From positions 1 to 12,769 of the forward strand of contig CAWVXU010000075.1 of assembly GCA_963934255.1 (NCBI GenBank): a stretch of 12,769 nt of DNA, given 5' to 3'. The position numbers were made by a program, and so were the translations under genes. The first letter of the stretch is position 1. The number at the start of each line of letters is the position of its first letter. A model generated the notes under the pieces. That model did no database searches and was not told where the DNA came from. It saw nothing but the letters and a program-made list of their open reading frames with translations. Source of the stretch: an uncultured Fibrobacterales bacterium (GTDB lineage Bacteria; Fibrobacterota; Fibrobacteria; Fibrobacterales; CAWVXU01). This document shows positions 1 to 8,048 of the stretch, one piece after another.

Positions 1-370
1 GTATTGGTCAACCGCTCATACAGAAACTCAAGCTGGTTATTCATCTCAATGATATGGGTGCAACTTCACTTGCAAACGGTATTGTTCAAAATACTCTTTT
101 ATCAGAATCTTCAACAGAAATAAATCATTTACATTCTCAATCCAAATTAAATATCAATAGATACCAAATAGAGTATGATCCTCATGACACTCCATTTCAA
201 TCAAATGAAAAAGCATCTATTATCCTATTAAACCTTCAAGGTGAAACCATACAAAACTTAACGAATGTCAATCAAGCTAAAATGACTCCACCAAAAACCA
301 GTCAGTTTTGATTTTAAGAATTCAAATCAACGGAAATCATTCAAACCACCTCATTCAAATGATTCATTAA
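1..370 (+). pseudogene. 3' end of a probably secreted protein with a T9SS-like C-terminal sorting domain; 5'-truncated by the window and frameshifted near 279-298
   Basis: Frame 3 is open from base 3 to 311 (…IHLNDMGATSLANGIV…ASIILLNLQGETIQ…). 'IILLNLQG' resembles the 'I.IY.L.G' motif of C-terminal sorting domains. Frame 2 from 281 to TAA at 368-370 reads NDSTKNQSVLILRIQINGNHSNHLIQMIH*, which resembles the missing terminal beta-strands. One extra A in the A4 run (279-282) or A5 run (293-297) would join the two frames. Confidence 0.45.
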
Positions 371-413
371 TCATCATTTGATGCCTTTGTTTTTTAATAC
401 TGAGTGAGCAACT

Positions 414-993
414 TTACCTTTGAGACTTTCGATTTATTTTGTTCTTTGCCCTCAGATAAAATGGCAAGATGAAAAGTACCCTACCGGTTACCCAAAGCAA
501 CAGAAAAATAAGCCCTGATGGAAAAAACAGCCAAAGTTTTGCAAATTCTGCAAACCAGGAACCATCATGTATAGATTCAATTAAATCACTTCTAGGTTGA
601 GCGACTTGTAAAATTTCAGTGTTAGATACATCAATTTTAATTTCGATATCATCATATGTTAATACCTTCATGAGGCCTTGAGAATATCCTATGTCAATAA
701 GCTCAATATCATTCCAGGACAAAATGGAACTGCCGTCAAAATCTTCAACTTGATTCATGCTATCAAGCTGATTAATAGATTGAATACTCCCCAAGATTTG
801 ATCCCCAGCTCACAATCAGCATCTCCTTTTGAGATGCTTTTTGAGTAGCGGGCTCAATGAACGTAATTTGTTCTTTGACTTGAAGTAGAAGTCCTGAAAC
901 AATGACAATCAAAAAAGGTAGTGCAATAATCGTTACTGCCCAATAATATGATTTACGAATCCATATTCTTTTTTTCTTGTCACTTATCTTCAT
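414..993 (-). pseudogene. PepSY-associated TM helix (PepSY_TM-like) membrane protein, split by a +1 frameshift (pseudogene or sequencing error)
   Basis: ORF 772..993 gives the N-terminal TM segment (YWAVTIIALPFLIVIVSGLLLQVK). ORF 414..794 gives the C-terminal half (RSDLIESIHDGSWF…LWLFFPSGLIFLLLWVTG). Removing one C from CCCC at 803-806 restores …VSWDQILGSIQS… and a single 192-aa ORF. Its ATG overlaps the rnr stop codon (TAATG on the minus strand). Confidence 0.8.
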
Positions 994-3737
994 TAATCTT
1001 CTGAATCATTCTTTGATTTTTTATCAAAACTTTTTGAAGTTTTAGATTCTTTCATCTGTTTAATTTTTTCCCAGCCAGAAACTTTCACCCCTGTTTCATC
1101 AAAAGTTTGAGCGCTCTTTTGGGGCTTTGATGAGACATGTGAATCTTCATTCATAACAATATTGATTGCAGTGTCAGCTGATCTTGTTGAACCAGGTCTT
1201 CGAGGATTTTTATCTCTTGAAGTATAATCGTTCTTATTTCCATAAGCACGATCTTCACGTCTTTCACTGCGGTCTTTAGCAAATGCATTATCGCGTTCAC
1301 GGAATTCATCATTACGTTTGCGACTCTGTTCATTTTCACGCGGCTTATCACCACTGAACGTTTTACGTTCACGGTTAGCATCACGACCACCACCGGAACC
1401 ATAAAGTCCACTTCCGCTACGGCCTTCACTAAGAGGTTTGTCACGGCCATTATCACGTGATTTATCACGGATGAATTCACGAGGTTTACGATCAGCGTCA
1501 GTGCTTTTACCCCGACCATAAGGGGGCTTTGAGCGACTTTCATCTCTGCTGCGACCTCTATCCCCTTCACGTGGTTTGGCACGATTTGGTTTGTTGTCAG
1601 TAAGTACTTCACCACTCAGGCTCACGCAATCAAAATCAACTTCACCCTTAAGGACATTGACTTTAGAAACTTTGATACGAATATCATTACCGGTATAAAT
1701 ACGACGATTAGAACGGCGCCCGTAGACAAAACCTTGTTCTTCATTGTAGACATAGAAGTCACCAGGCATACTATTGTACCTGACGAGTCCTTCAAAACCC
1801 ATTCCAGGGATTTCAACAAACAAACCAAACTCTTGCATCCCACTAACTTTACCATCAAGCTCTTCACCTAGATAGTCTTGAGCCATCCAAGCACCACAAA
1901 ATTTCACCGCACGACGTTCAATTTTCATTACGACAATTTCTCGATCAGAAATTTTACCTGCAATTGATTCTGCAGCTTCTGTAGAATGTGGTAACTGCAC
2001 TTTAGCTAGTCTAGCTGACATCTGACGATGTACTAGTAGATCAGCATAACGGCGAATAGGAGATGTAAAGTGAGCATAATCTTGCCAACAAAGTGCAAAG
2101 TGACCTTTACCATCTGTTCTATAATTTGCTTTTTGCATCGTTCTTAATACTCTGCGTGTTTTGTTGAGATCACCACGAGCATTATTCACTAATATTTGAA
2201 AAAGTTCAAATACACCTTCGTGTAAATTTGATTCAGGATTAGATTTTTTGGCGAAATAAGAAGCAACAGGCGCTGCACCTTTAAATAAATCAGGTTCTGC
2301 GGTCGCTAACTCTAAGACATCATCTTCTTCTGGGTAGCCGTGTTCACGGAACACACCAGGGACTTCATTGGCTTTTAAAAATTGAGCACAACATTGATTA
2401 GCTGTTAGCATACATTCTTCAATCCAATTCATGGATTCAATATGATGCTTTACCTCTAGCCCCATTGGTTCGTTGAGCTCATCAAATTTCACTTTAGTCT
2501 CAGGCATATCTAGAAGTAAAACTCCGTGTTTTTTACGGCGTTCATTTAATAGTCGAGTCACTTTGCGTAATTTTGACAATGCGTGTCTTGGGTGAGCTTC
2601 TGCAATTGCCATCGCTTCTTCATAAGTATGGAATTCATCAACTTTCACCACAGACTTCATAAATTCATAGCCTTTAATGATACCGCTTGAGCTGAGCTCA
2701 ACCATACAACTAAACGCATAACGTTCTTGGCCTACTTTTAGAGAACACATGTCTGAAGAAAGCTCTTCAGGTAACATATGAACTGCAGCCCAAGGCAGGT
2801 ATTGAGTAAATGCACGATAGGCTGCTTCTTCATCAATCGGGGTCTCTTCTTTTACATAATGAGAAACATCAGCGATGTGGATCCCTAGCTCAAAGCCTGT
2901 ACCCTTTTTTTCAAGAGAGATAGCATCATCATGATCACGCGCACCAAATGGATCAATACAAACTGTATGTAATTCACGGAAATCTTTACGACCTTCAGTT
3001 ACTACGATATCAGGAGAAACAGCAGCGACTTGCTCTTTAATGTGCTTAGAGAAATAAGGCTTTAGTTTGTTGTCGTTTAAGAACCGGGCTTTGACGTCAT
3101 CAAAGGATACTTCAGTATCAATCCCGGCGACTATTTCAGCACGGTCATCAGAAATCATTTTAAATATCACTCGGTCATTTTCTTTAAAAGGAGCGATATC
3201 TTGTGGAAGCATAAATAACTGGTCTGTCACAGACGTTTGTTGAATCTTCCACATTTTTTCGTGTTGAATAATCCGTCCACGAAGTTGAGTGATCGGCTTA
3301 GGCGCTTTAGCCGGCTTGGATAATTCATTTGCAACTGTATCCTGATCAACATCTTTTTGGTATTTTTCAGCTTCTTCTTCGGCTTTGGCTTCAGCTTCAG
3401 CTTTTTGAATTTTCTCAGCTTGATACTTAGCATAGAAATTTGAGTCTTTATCTGACTCGGCGGCTTCTGGTTTAACATATTGACCAGCGGCTTGGCCAGT
3501 TTCGTCATTGGCCCAGGTGTATTTTTTATTTGTCGTCAGCCATTGTACATCACCAGTACGTACTAGTTCTTGAAGCGCTTGTTTGAGGTGAGACTTTTCT
3601 TTTTGACTTACGCCAAATATTTTACGTAATTCTGCTACGCTATATTCTTGATCTGAATAGACTTGAAAAAATTCTCTTAAGTGGTCTTCTGCTGTTTTGA
3701 TATTGTACTCCTTTGGGAGACTTTTGAATTCAAACAA
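993..3737 (-). CDS. rnr: Ribonuclease R (RNB/RNase II family 3'-5' exoribonuclease), 914 aa
   Basis: RNB catalytic motif CIDPFGARDHDDAIS, plus HIADVSHYV, SMNWIEECMLTAN, GHFAL and HFTSPIRRYADLLVHR. S1 domain (GKVSGMQEFGLFVEI…EGLV). N-terminal HTH-like region and a charged C-terminal tail. The TTG start is uncertain. Confidence 0.93.
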   Translation of the reverse strand: MFEFKSLPKEYNIKTAEDHLREFFQVYSDQEYSVAELRKIFGVSQKEKSHLKQALQELVRTGDVQWLTTNKKYTWANDETGQAAGQYVKPEAAESDKDSNFYAKYQAEKIQKAEAEAKAEEEAEKYQKDVDQDTVANELSKPAKAPKPITQLRGRIIQHEKMWKIQQTSVTDQLFMLPQDIAPFKENDRVIFKMISDDRAEIVAGIDTEVSFDDVKARFLNDNKLKPYFSKHIKEQVAAVSPDIVVTEGRKDFRELHTVCIDPFGARDHDDAISLEKKGTGFELGIHIADVSHYVKEETPIDEEAAYRAFTQYLPWAAVHMLPEELSSDMCSLKVGQERYAFSCMVELSSSGIIKGYEFMKSVVKVDEFHTYEEAMAIAEAHPRHALSKLRKVTRLLNERRKKHGVLLLDMPETKVKFDELNEPMGLEVKHHIESMNWIEECMLTANQCCAQFLKANEVPGVFREHGYPEEDDVLELATAEPDLFKGAAPVASYFAKKSNPESNLHEGVFELFQILVNNARGDLNKTRRVLRTMQKANYRTDGKGHFALCWQDYAHFTSPIRRYADLLVHRQMSARLAKVQLPHSTEAAESIAGKISDREIVVMKIERRAVKFCGAWMAQDYLGEELDGKVSGMQEFGLFVEIPGMGFEGLVRYNSMPGDFYVYNEEQGFVYGRRSNRRIYTGNDIRIKVSKVNVLKGEVDFDCVSLSGEVLTDNKPNRAKPREGDRGRSRDESRSKPPYGRGKSTDADRKPREFIRDKSRDNGRDKPLSEGRSGSGLYGSGGGRDANRERKTFSGDKPRENEQSRKRNDEFRERDNAFAKDRSERREDRAYGNKNDYTSRDKNPRRPGSTRSADTAINIVMNEDSHVSSKPQKSAQTFDETGVKVSGWEKIKQMKESKTSKSFDKKSKNDSED

Positions 3738-3822
3738 GACCTTAATTGGGTTGATGAATTTGATAAATTTTTAAAGTTTCAAACAATTAGAATATTTAGG
3801 ATAATTGAAATAAAACCATCAG

Positions 3823-3848
3823 TTCCTATGTTCCTATGCTCCTATGCT
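3823..3848. repeat. 8-bp tandem repeat x3 (TTCCTATG TTCCTATG CTCCTATG) spanning the plsC stop codon
   Basis: Read directly: units at 3823-3830, 3831-3838 and 3839-3846. Confidence 0.85.
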
Positions 3849-4558
3849 TGAGGAGACCCAGGAAAACCCGACTCTATAATTCCATAAACTTTATCTTTCA
3901 GTTGATTGGAGCTAAGTTCTTTATAGTCCTCAGGTTGGATAATCGGATGTATAATAATATCCAAATCACCGGTGTACATTTTCATTTGCTTTCGGGGCAT
4001 AATAACACCAGTATTAGGGAAAGTGACAGGTAAAATAGGGATGCCTGCTTGAACACAATAATGGAAAATACCCTTTTTAAAAGGCAGTAATTTACAATCC
4101 CGACTGCGAGTGCCTTCAGGGAAAACCCCATAATACAATCCTTTGGCTAGATTGGCCAACATGCGATCACCAAGATCACGGTTTTTACGAGGATTGGTCT
4201 GATCAACGACAAGCACACCGGCTTGACGAAGCGAAGCTCCAAATACAGGTATTTTGAATAAAGAGTCTTTAGCCATATAGGCTGTCAAACGGATATAAGT
4301 TAATATGACAGGAACATCAAGATAGGATTGATGATTACTCAGAATCAAGAATGTCTGATTGGTTTTCATGTTTTCAGGATTTTGAATTTTGATCTTGACA
4401 CCACACAATGGAAATAGAACTTTAAAAAGGACTTTACCCGGTAATGTGAAGTTTTTTTTGACTCGAAATATCAGAGCAAATAGCATCCATGGCGGAACCA
4501 CAATAATGAATGAAATCCATATCGCCGCAAAAAAGAATAGCGCTCTGATTGTAGCCAT
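3842..4558 (-). CDS. plsC: 1-acyl-sn-glycerol-3-phosphate acyltransferase (PlsC/LPLAT family)
   Basis: Catalytic HX4D motif NHQSYLD, plus AKDSLFKIPVFG, FPEGTRS, FKKG and PILPV; hydrophobic N-terminal helix. ATG at 4558 preferred over TTG at 4561. It starts 5 bp after the nadA stop. Confidence 0.88.
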   Translation of the reverse strand: MATIRALFFFAAIWISFIIVVPPWMLFALIFRVKKNFTLPGKVLFKVLFPLCGVKIKIQNPENMKTNQTFLILSNHQSYLDVPVILTYIRLTAYMAKDSLFKIPVFGASLRQAGVLVVDQTNPRKNRDLGDRMLANLAKGLYYGVFPEGTRSRDCKLLPFKKGIFHYCVQAGIPILPVTFPNTGVIMPRKQMKMYTGDLDIIIHPIIQPEDYKELSSNQLKDKVYGIIESGFPGSPQA

Positions 4559-4563
4559 CAAGA

Positions 4564-5583
4564 TTAGCCTTCAACCATTTCAAACATACGATCAATACAG
4601 CCTTTGGCATCTTTAATTTCTTGATCACCGAGGAGGACACGATCTTCTTCTCGAGGGTTTTCAAGTACACGCAAGATGTCTTCCAAAGTATTGGATTTCA
4701 TGTATTTACACATGTTACAAGAGCCGATAAAAGTCTTATCCGGGAATTCAATCTGAAGTCTTGCACTCAAACCGCATTCGGTCAAAAGCAAAAATGCCGG
4801 AGCATCAGAATCTTTGATATGATGAAGCATTTGCTCTGTCGAACCAACATAGTCCGCCTGAGCTGCCACACCTGGTGAACATTCTGGATGAGCTACAACT
4901 TCTAGGCCATTGTTTTCACCACGTAAAAATTCCACCATTTCTGGATCATATTTTTCATGGACATAACAGACACCTTTAAAAAGTACGATTTCTTTCTCAA
5001 CACCACGACGAGCCATTTCATCTTGTAAATTAAGTCCCATCAACTCATCAGGAACAAATACAATTTTGTCATTAGGGTAATTTTGAACAATATCATACAC
5101 ATTAGATGAAGTAACACACACATCACACTGAGCCTTAACAGCAGCGGTTGTGTTGATGTAACAGATGAAAGCATGATCAGGGTATTGCTTGCGAAGCTCT
5201 ATGACTTGATCGCCTGTAATTGCATCAGCTAAAGTACAGCCCGAATCAAGCCCTGGAATGAGAACTTCTTTTTCAGGACTCAAAATTTTGGCTGTCTCAC
5301 CCATAAAACGGACTGCAGCAAAAATAATTGTATCGGCATCCTCTTCGATTGCCTTTTTGGAAAGACCATATGAATCCCCCACGTGGTCAGCAACACCATA
5401 AACTATTTCACTTGGAACATATGTATGAGCGAGAATAATTGCATTTTGTTCTTTTTTTAGCTTGTTGATTTTGTTGATGAGAGGCACCATTTTTTCACAA
5501 GTCGCCATATCGTAATTACAGGTAGATGCACCCACCCCAATTGGCGATAATTTCTTGTGAAGAGCTTCGGCGGTCATTTCCAT
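4564..5583 (-). CDS. nadA: Quinolinate synthase A ([4Fe-4S])
   Basis: ILAHTY, VGDSYGLS, VRFMGETAKILSPEK, GCTLAD, YINTTAAVKA, VTSSN, CYVH, AHPEC, GST, TE and CKYMK motifs. The three cluster-ligating Cys are present. AAAGG SD-like site upstream. Confidence 0.95.
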   Translation of the reverse strand: MEMTAEALHKKLSPIGVGASTCNYDMATCEKMVPLINKINKLKKEQNAIILAHTYVPSEIVYGVADHVGDSYGLSKKAIEEDADTIIFAAVRFMGETAKILSPEKEVLIPGLDSGCTLADAITGDQVIELRKQYPDHAFICYINTTAAVKAQCDVCVTSSNVYDIVQNYPNDKIVFVPDELMGLNLQDEMARRGVEKEIVLFKGVCYVHEKYDPEMVEFLRGENNGLEVVAHPECSPGVAAQADYVGSTEQMLHHIKDSDAPAFLLLTECGLSARLQIEFPDKTFIGSCNMCKYMKSNTLEDILRVLENPREEDRVLLGDQEIKDAKGCIDRMFEMVEG

Positions 5584-5611
5584 GTTTCAACCTTTATAAA
5601 CTTAAATTTTG

Positions 5612-5638
5612 ATTATACTAAAGGTAGAAAATCGCCAA
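5612..5638 (-). promoter_or_regulatory. Putative sigma70-type promoter for nadA-plsC
   Basis: Perfect TATAAT on the minus strand at 5617-5612. TTGGCG at 5638-5633 is only 15 bp away, so the -35 assignment is weak. Confidence 0.4.
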
Positions 5639-5639
5639 G

Positions 5640-5678
5640 GAATTAGGCCTCAACTGACAGTGAAATAAGGCCTAATTC
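5640..5678. repeat. Perfect 11-bp inverted repeat (GAATTAGGCCT / AGGCCTAATTC) with a 17-nt loop; possible terminator, mRNA-stabilising hairpin or operator
   Basis: Arms at 5640-5650 and 5668-5678, 16 bp downstream of the metallophosphoesterase stop and upstream of nadA. No clean U-tract follows directly. Confidence 0.75.
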
Positions 5679-5694
5679 TAGGTTAATTTGAGCC

Positions 5695-6480
5695 TTAACC
5701 CACCGAATAATAGACTTTTTGAGCTGGGACTTGCAAAAAGGCACCAGACTCTACACACCAAGCAGTTAAGTGTTTTCCATAAACACACCCGGTATCAATT
5801 CCCTTAAACTTCGGTAAATCCACCAAACCATTCATGGCCCAATGACCAAAAACGACGATTTTCGGCCATTTCACCAGCTCAAACCAAGCAGGGTCAGTAT
5901 CTGGTCGATTGACAAACTGACCATCACCATCCCAAGTTCTAATCGTCGTTAATGCACGAGTTGGCATTTGCTCTAGAGAGTCAACCCCCGGAATCAATCC
6001 CGCATGTACAATCAGTGCCTCGTCCAAATCAACCCAATATGGCCAATTTTTAATCTTAGGTATCCAATAATGGAGTTGACCCCTAAATGACCTTAAATAA
6101 TCCAAATCTTTTGAATAAAGTGAGGTCTGCGCATTAAAATCGTTCATCACCGAAGACTCAAATAAAAGTGATTCTATCTTGAACATGGCAATGAGTCCGC
6201 CACATTGACTACTCATGCAACTTTGCCTAGATATATCAAACTCTTCTAGTTCTGCTAAGAATGTTTCCCAAATCCTAACTAACCAATCTTCATGATTGCC
6301 ACGAATTACAGTCACTTGATGTTTTTCTAGGATTTCCAAGCAACTCAAACTATCAGGCCCCTTATTGACCACATCACCCACCGAGTAGAAATCAGCCTCA
6401 AGATCTGATTTTAAAATCAAATCGATCAAAGCCTGGAGTTCGCTTGAACAACCGTGAATATCACCAATAATATATCTCAT
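5695..6480 (-). CDS. Calcineurin-like metallophosphoesterase, ApaH/PrpE-like (diadenosine tetraphosphatase / Ser-Thr phosphatase family)
   Basis: Metal-binding motifs GDIHG, GDVVNKGPDS, GNHE, VHAG, FGHW and IDTGCVYG. Confidence 0.9.
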   Translation of the reverse strand: MRYIIGDIHGCSSELQALIDLILKSDLEADFYSVGDVVNKGPDSLSCLEILEKHQVTVIRGNHEDWLVRIWETFLAELEEFDISRQSCMSSQCGGLIAMFKIESLLFESSVMNDFNAQTSLYSKDLDYLRSFRGQLHYWIPKIKNWPYWVDLDEALIVHAGLIPGVDSLEQMPTRALTTIRTWDGDGQFVNRPDTDPAWFELVKWPKIVVFGHWAMNGLVDLPKFKGIDTGCVYGKHLTAWCVESGAFLQVPAQKVYYSVG

Positions 6481-6486
6481 GCATTA

Positions 6487-6492
6487 AAGATA
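6487..6492 (-). promoter_or_regulatory. Putative -10 element (TATCTT) 6 nt before the ATG; possible leaderless transcript
   Basis: Minus strand reads TATCTT-taatgc-ATG with no SD-like sequence near the start. Confidence 0.35.
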
Positions 6493-6577
6493 AATTCCCA
6501 CAGTCAAGTTTCAGATTATTAGCTTCAGTTTAAACAAAACATTTTGATTCATCTCATCCTGAAAGTCTTGAAATTCT

Positions 6578-8038
6578 ATGCATATCGTTGATTGGCTCAC
6601 TACTGCAGTTTATCTTTTCCTAGTTACAGCTCTAGGAGTCTACTTTTCAAGGTCAAATACCAATTTTAAAGCTTATATGTTCGGCAATAATTCAGTTCCT
6701 TGGGTTGCAGTGGGTATTTCTTTAATTGCCACCTCCGTCTCAGCCACAACATTCCTCGGAAACCCCGCTGACGCCTACAAAAACAACATGACCTATATGA
6801 TGTGCAATATCGGTGGTTTACTCTCTCTTTTAGTGATTAGCTTCATCTTTATCCCTAAATTTCGTCAGGCAAATATAAGCTCAGCCTATCAACTTCTCGA
6901 AGATAAATTTTCTCGCCCGGTTAGACTTCTCGCTTCAATTCTTTATTGCTTTCACCTACTCATGAGAACTGGGATTTTACTTTTTGGACCTTCATTAGTT
7001 TTATCCAAAATGCTAAACGTCAACATTGTCTTTGCAATATGCCTACTGTCACTTTTAGCGATCCTCTATACTTGGTTTGGTGGGATTCGCGCTGTTATTT
7101 GGACTGATGTGATGCAATTTATCGTGCTATTTGGTGGTGGTATGATTGTACTTTATCTCATAAGTGACTCATTGGGTGGCTTTTCGGAACTCTTTAAATC
7201 AGCACAAGAAGCTGGCAAAACTCAGTGGTTAGATTTCACAATGGATCCATCTAACGCGAGAACTTTTCTTTCTGCCGGGTTAGTTTACACCTTTTTTGAA
7301 GTTGCCATTCGCGGTTGTGATCAGCAATTTGTTCAAAGATATTTAAGTACCAAAGACACCAAATCAGCCATCTATTCATCTATCCTTTCAGTTGTCCTTG
7401 GCGCTATGGTCGCGCTCCTCTTTTACTTTATTGGAGCAGGGCTTTTCTCATTCTATCAAGTCTCAGAAATAGCAGGTCTACCAAGTAAATTAAGCGTCAA
7501 TGAAATATTTCCACATTACATTCTAAACGAGCTCCCTATTGGCCTAACAGGGTTATTAATGGCTGCTATTTTAGCTGCAGCCATGAGTTCACTTGACTCT
7601 GCAATGACTGCACTTTCCAATACCATTGTTATTGACATATTGCATTCTAATAAGACACATAATGACAAACTCATTTTAAAATCCGCTAAAAAATGGGTAG
7701 TTATTATTGGCCTTGTTGGCACAGGTGCAGCCATTGTAGCTTCTACATTTGACACATCACTTCTCACGATGGCATTATCAGTTACTGGACTTTTTACCGG
7801 CCCGCTTCTCGCTCTTTTTATATTGGCATTTTACTTCCCTCATCACCATCCCAAAGCCGTCTTGATTTCGGCTATACTCGGTATGCTGACACTGGCTTAC
7901 TTTACGCCTCCAAAATTTTTACAAGGAATTTGGACGCCCTTTCAGTCCTTTTCCTGGCCTTGGTTTCCACTGATTGCATTTATATCAACACTCATTTATT
8001 CAATGACCCTTCATCTTTTTTATAAGAAAAACTCATAA
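6578..8038 (+). CDS. Sodium:solute symporter (SSS/SLC5 family), 486 aa
   Basis: About 13 hydrophobic segments. Motifs GISLIATSVSATTFLGNP, SAYQLLEDKF, YTWFGGIRAVIWTDVMQ, DQQFVQRYL and GLLMAAILAAAMSSLDS (Na2-site helix). Confidence 0.93.
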   Translation: MHIVDWLTTAVYLFLVTALGVYFSRSNTNFKAYMFGNNSVPWVAVGISLIATSVSATTFLGNPADAYKNNMTYMMCNIGGLLSLLVISFIFIPKFRQANISSAYQLLEDKFSRPVRLLASILYCFHLLMRTGILLFGPSLVLSKMLNVNIVFAICLLSLLAILYTWFGGIRAVIWTDVMQFIVLFGGGMIVLYLISDSLGGFSELFKSAQEAGKTQWLDFTMDPSNARTFLSAGLVYTFFEVAIRGCDQQFVQRYLSTKDTKSAIYSSILSVVLGAMVALLFYFIGAGLFSFYQVSEIAGLPSKLSVNEIFPHYILNELPIGLTGLLMAAILAAAMSSLDSAMTALSNTIVIDILHSNKTHNDKLILKSAKKWVVIIGLVGTGAAIVASTFDTSLLTMALSVTGLFTGPLLALFILAFYFPHHHPKAVLISAILGMLTLAYFTPPKFLQGIWTPFQSFSWPWFPLIAFISTLIYSMTLHLFYKKNS

Positions 8039-8048
8039 ATTATTCCTC

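Noticed and set aside
372..395. Small hairpin CATC-ATTT-GATG followed by a T-rich run between the convergent left-edge genes
   Set aside because: A 4-bp stem is too weak to support a terminator call.
1151..1615. 154-aa same-strand alternative-frame ORF inside the rnr tail
   Set aside because: The Val/Met/Asn-rich composition is what a frame shift of repeated CGT/GAT/AAT codons produces. No recognisable motif.
1622..3508. Alternative-frame ORFs 1622..1867 and 3227..3508 within rnr
   Set aside because: Both lie fully inside a well-supported gene. The Lys/Leu-rich one is the shifted reading of the GCT-GAA repeats.
3836..4878. Short ORFs 3836..4033, 4389..4616, 4434..4670 and 4621..4878
   Set aside because: Antisense or out-of-frame overlaps of plsC and nadA with no motifs.
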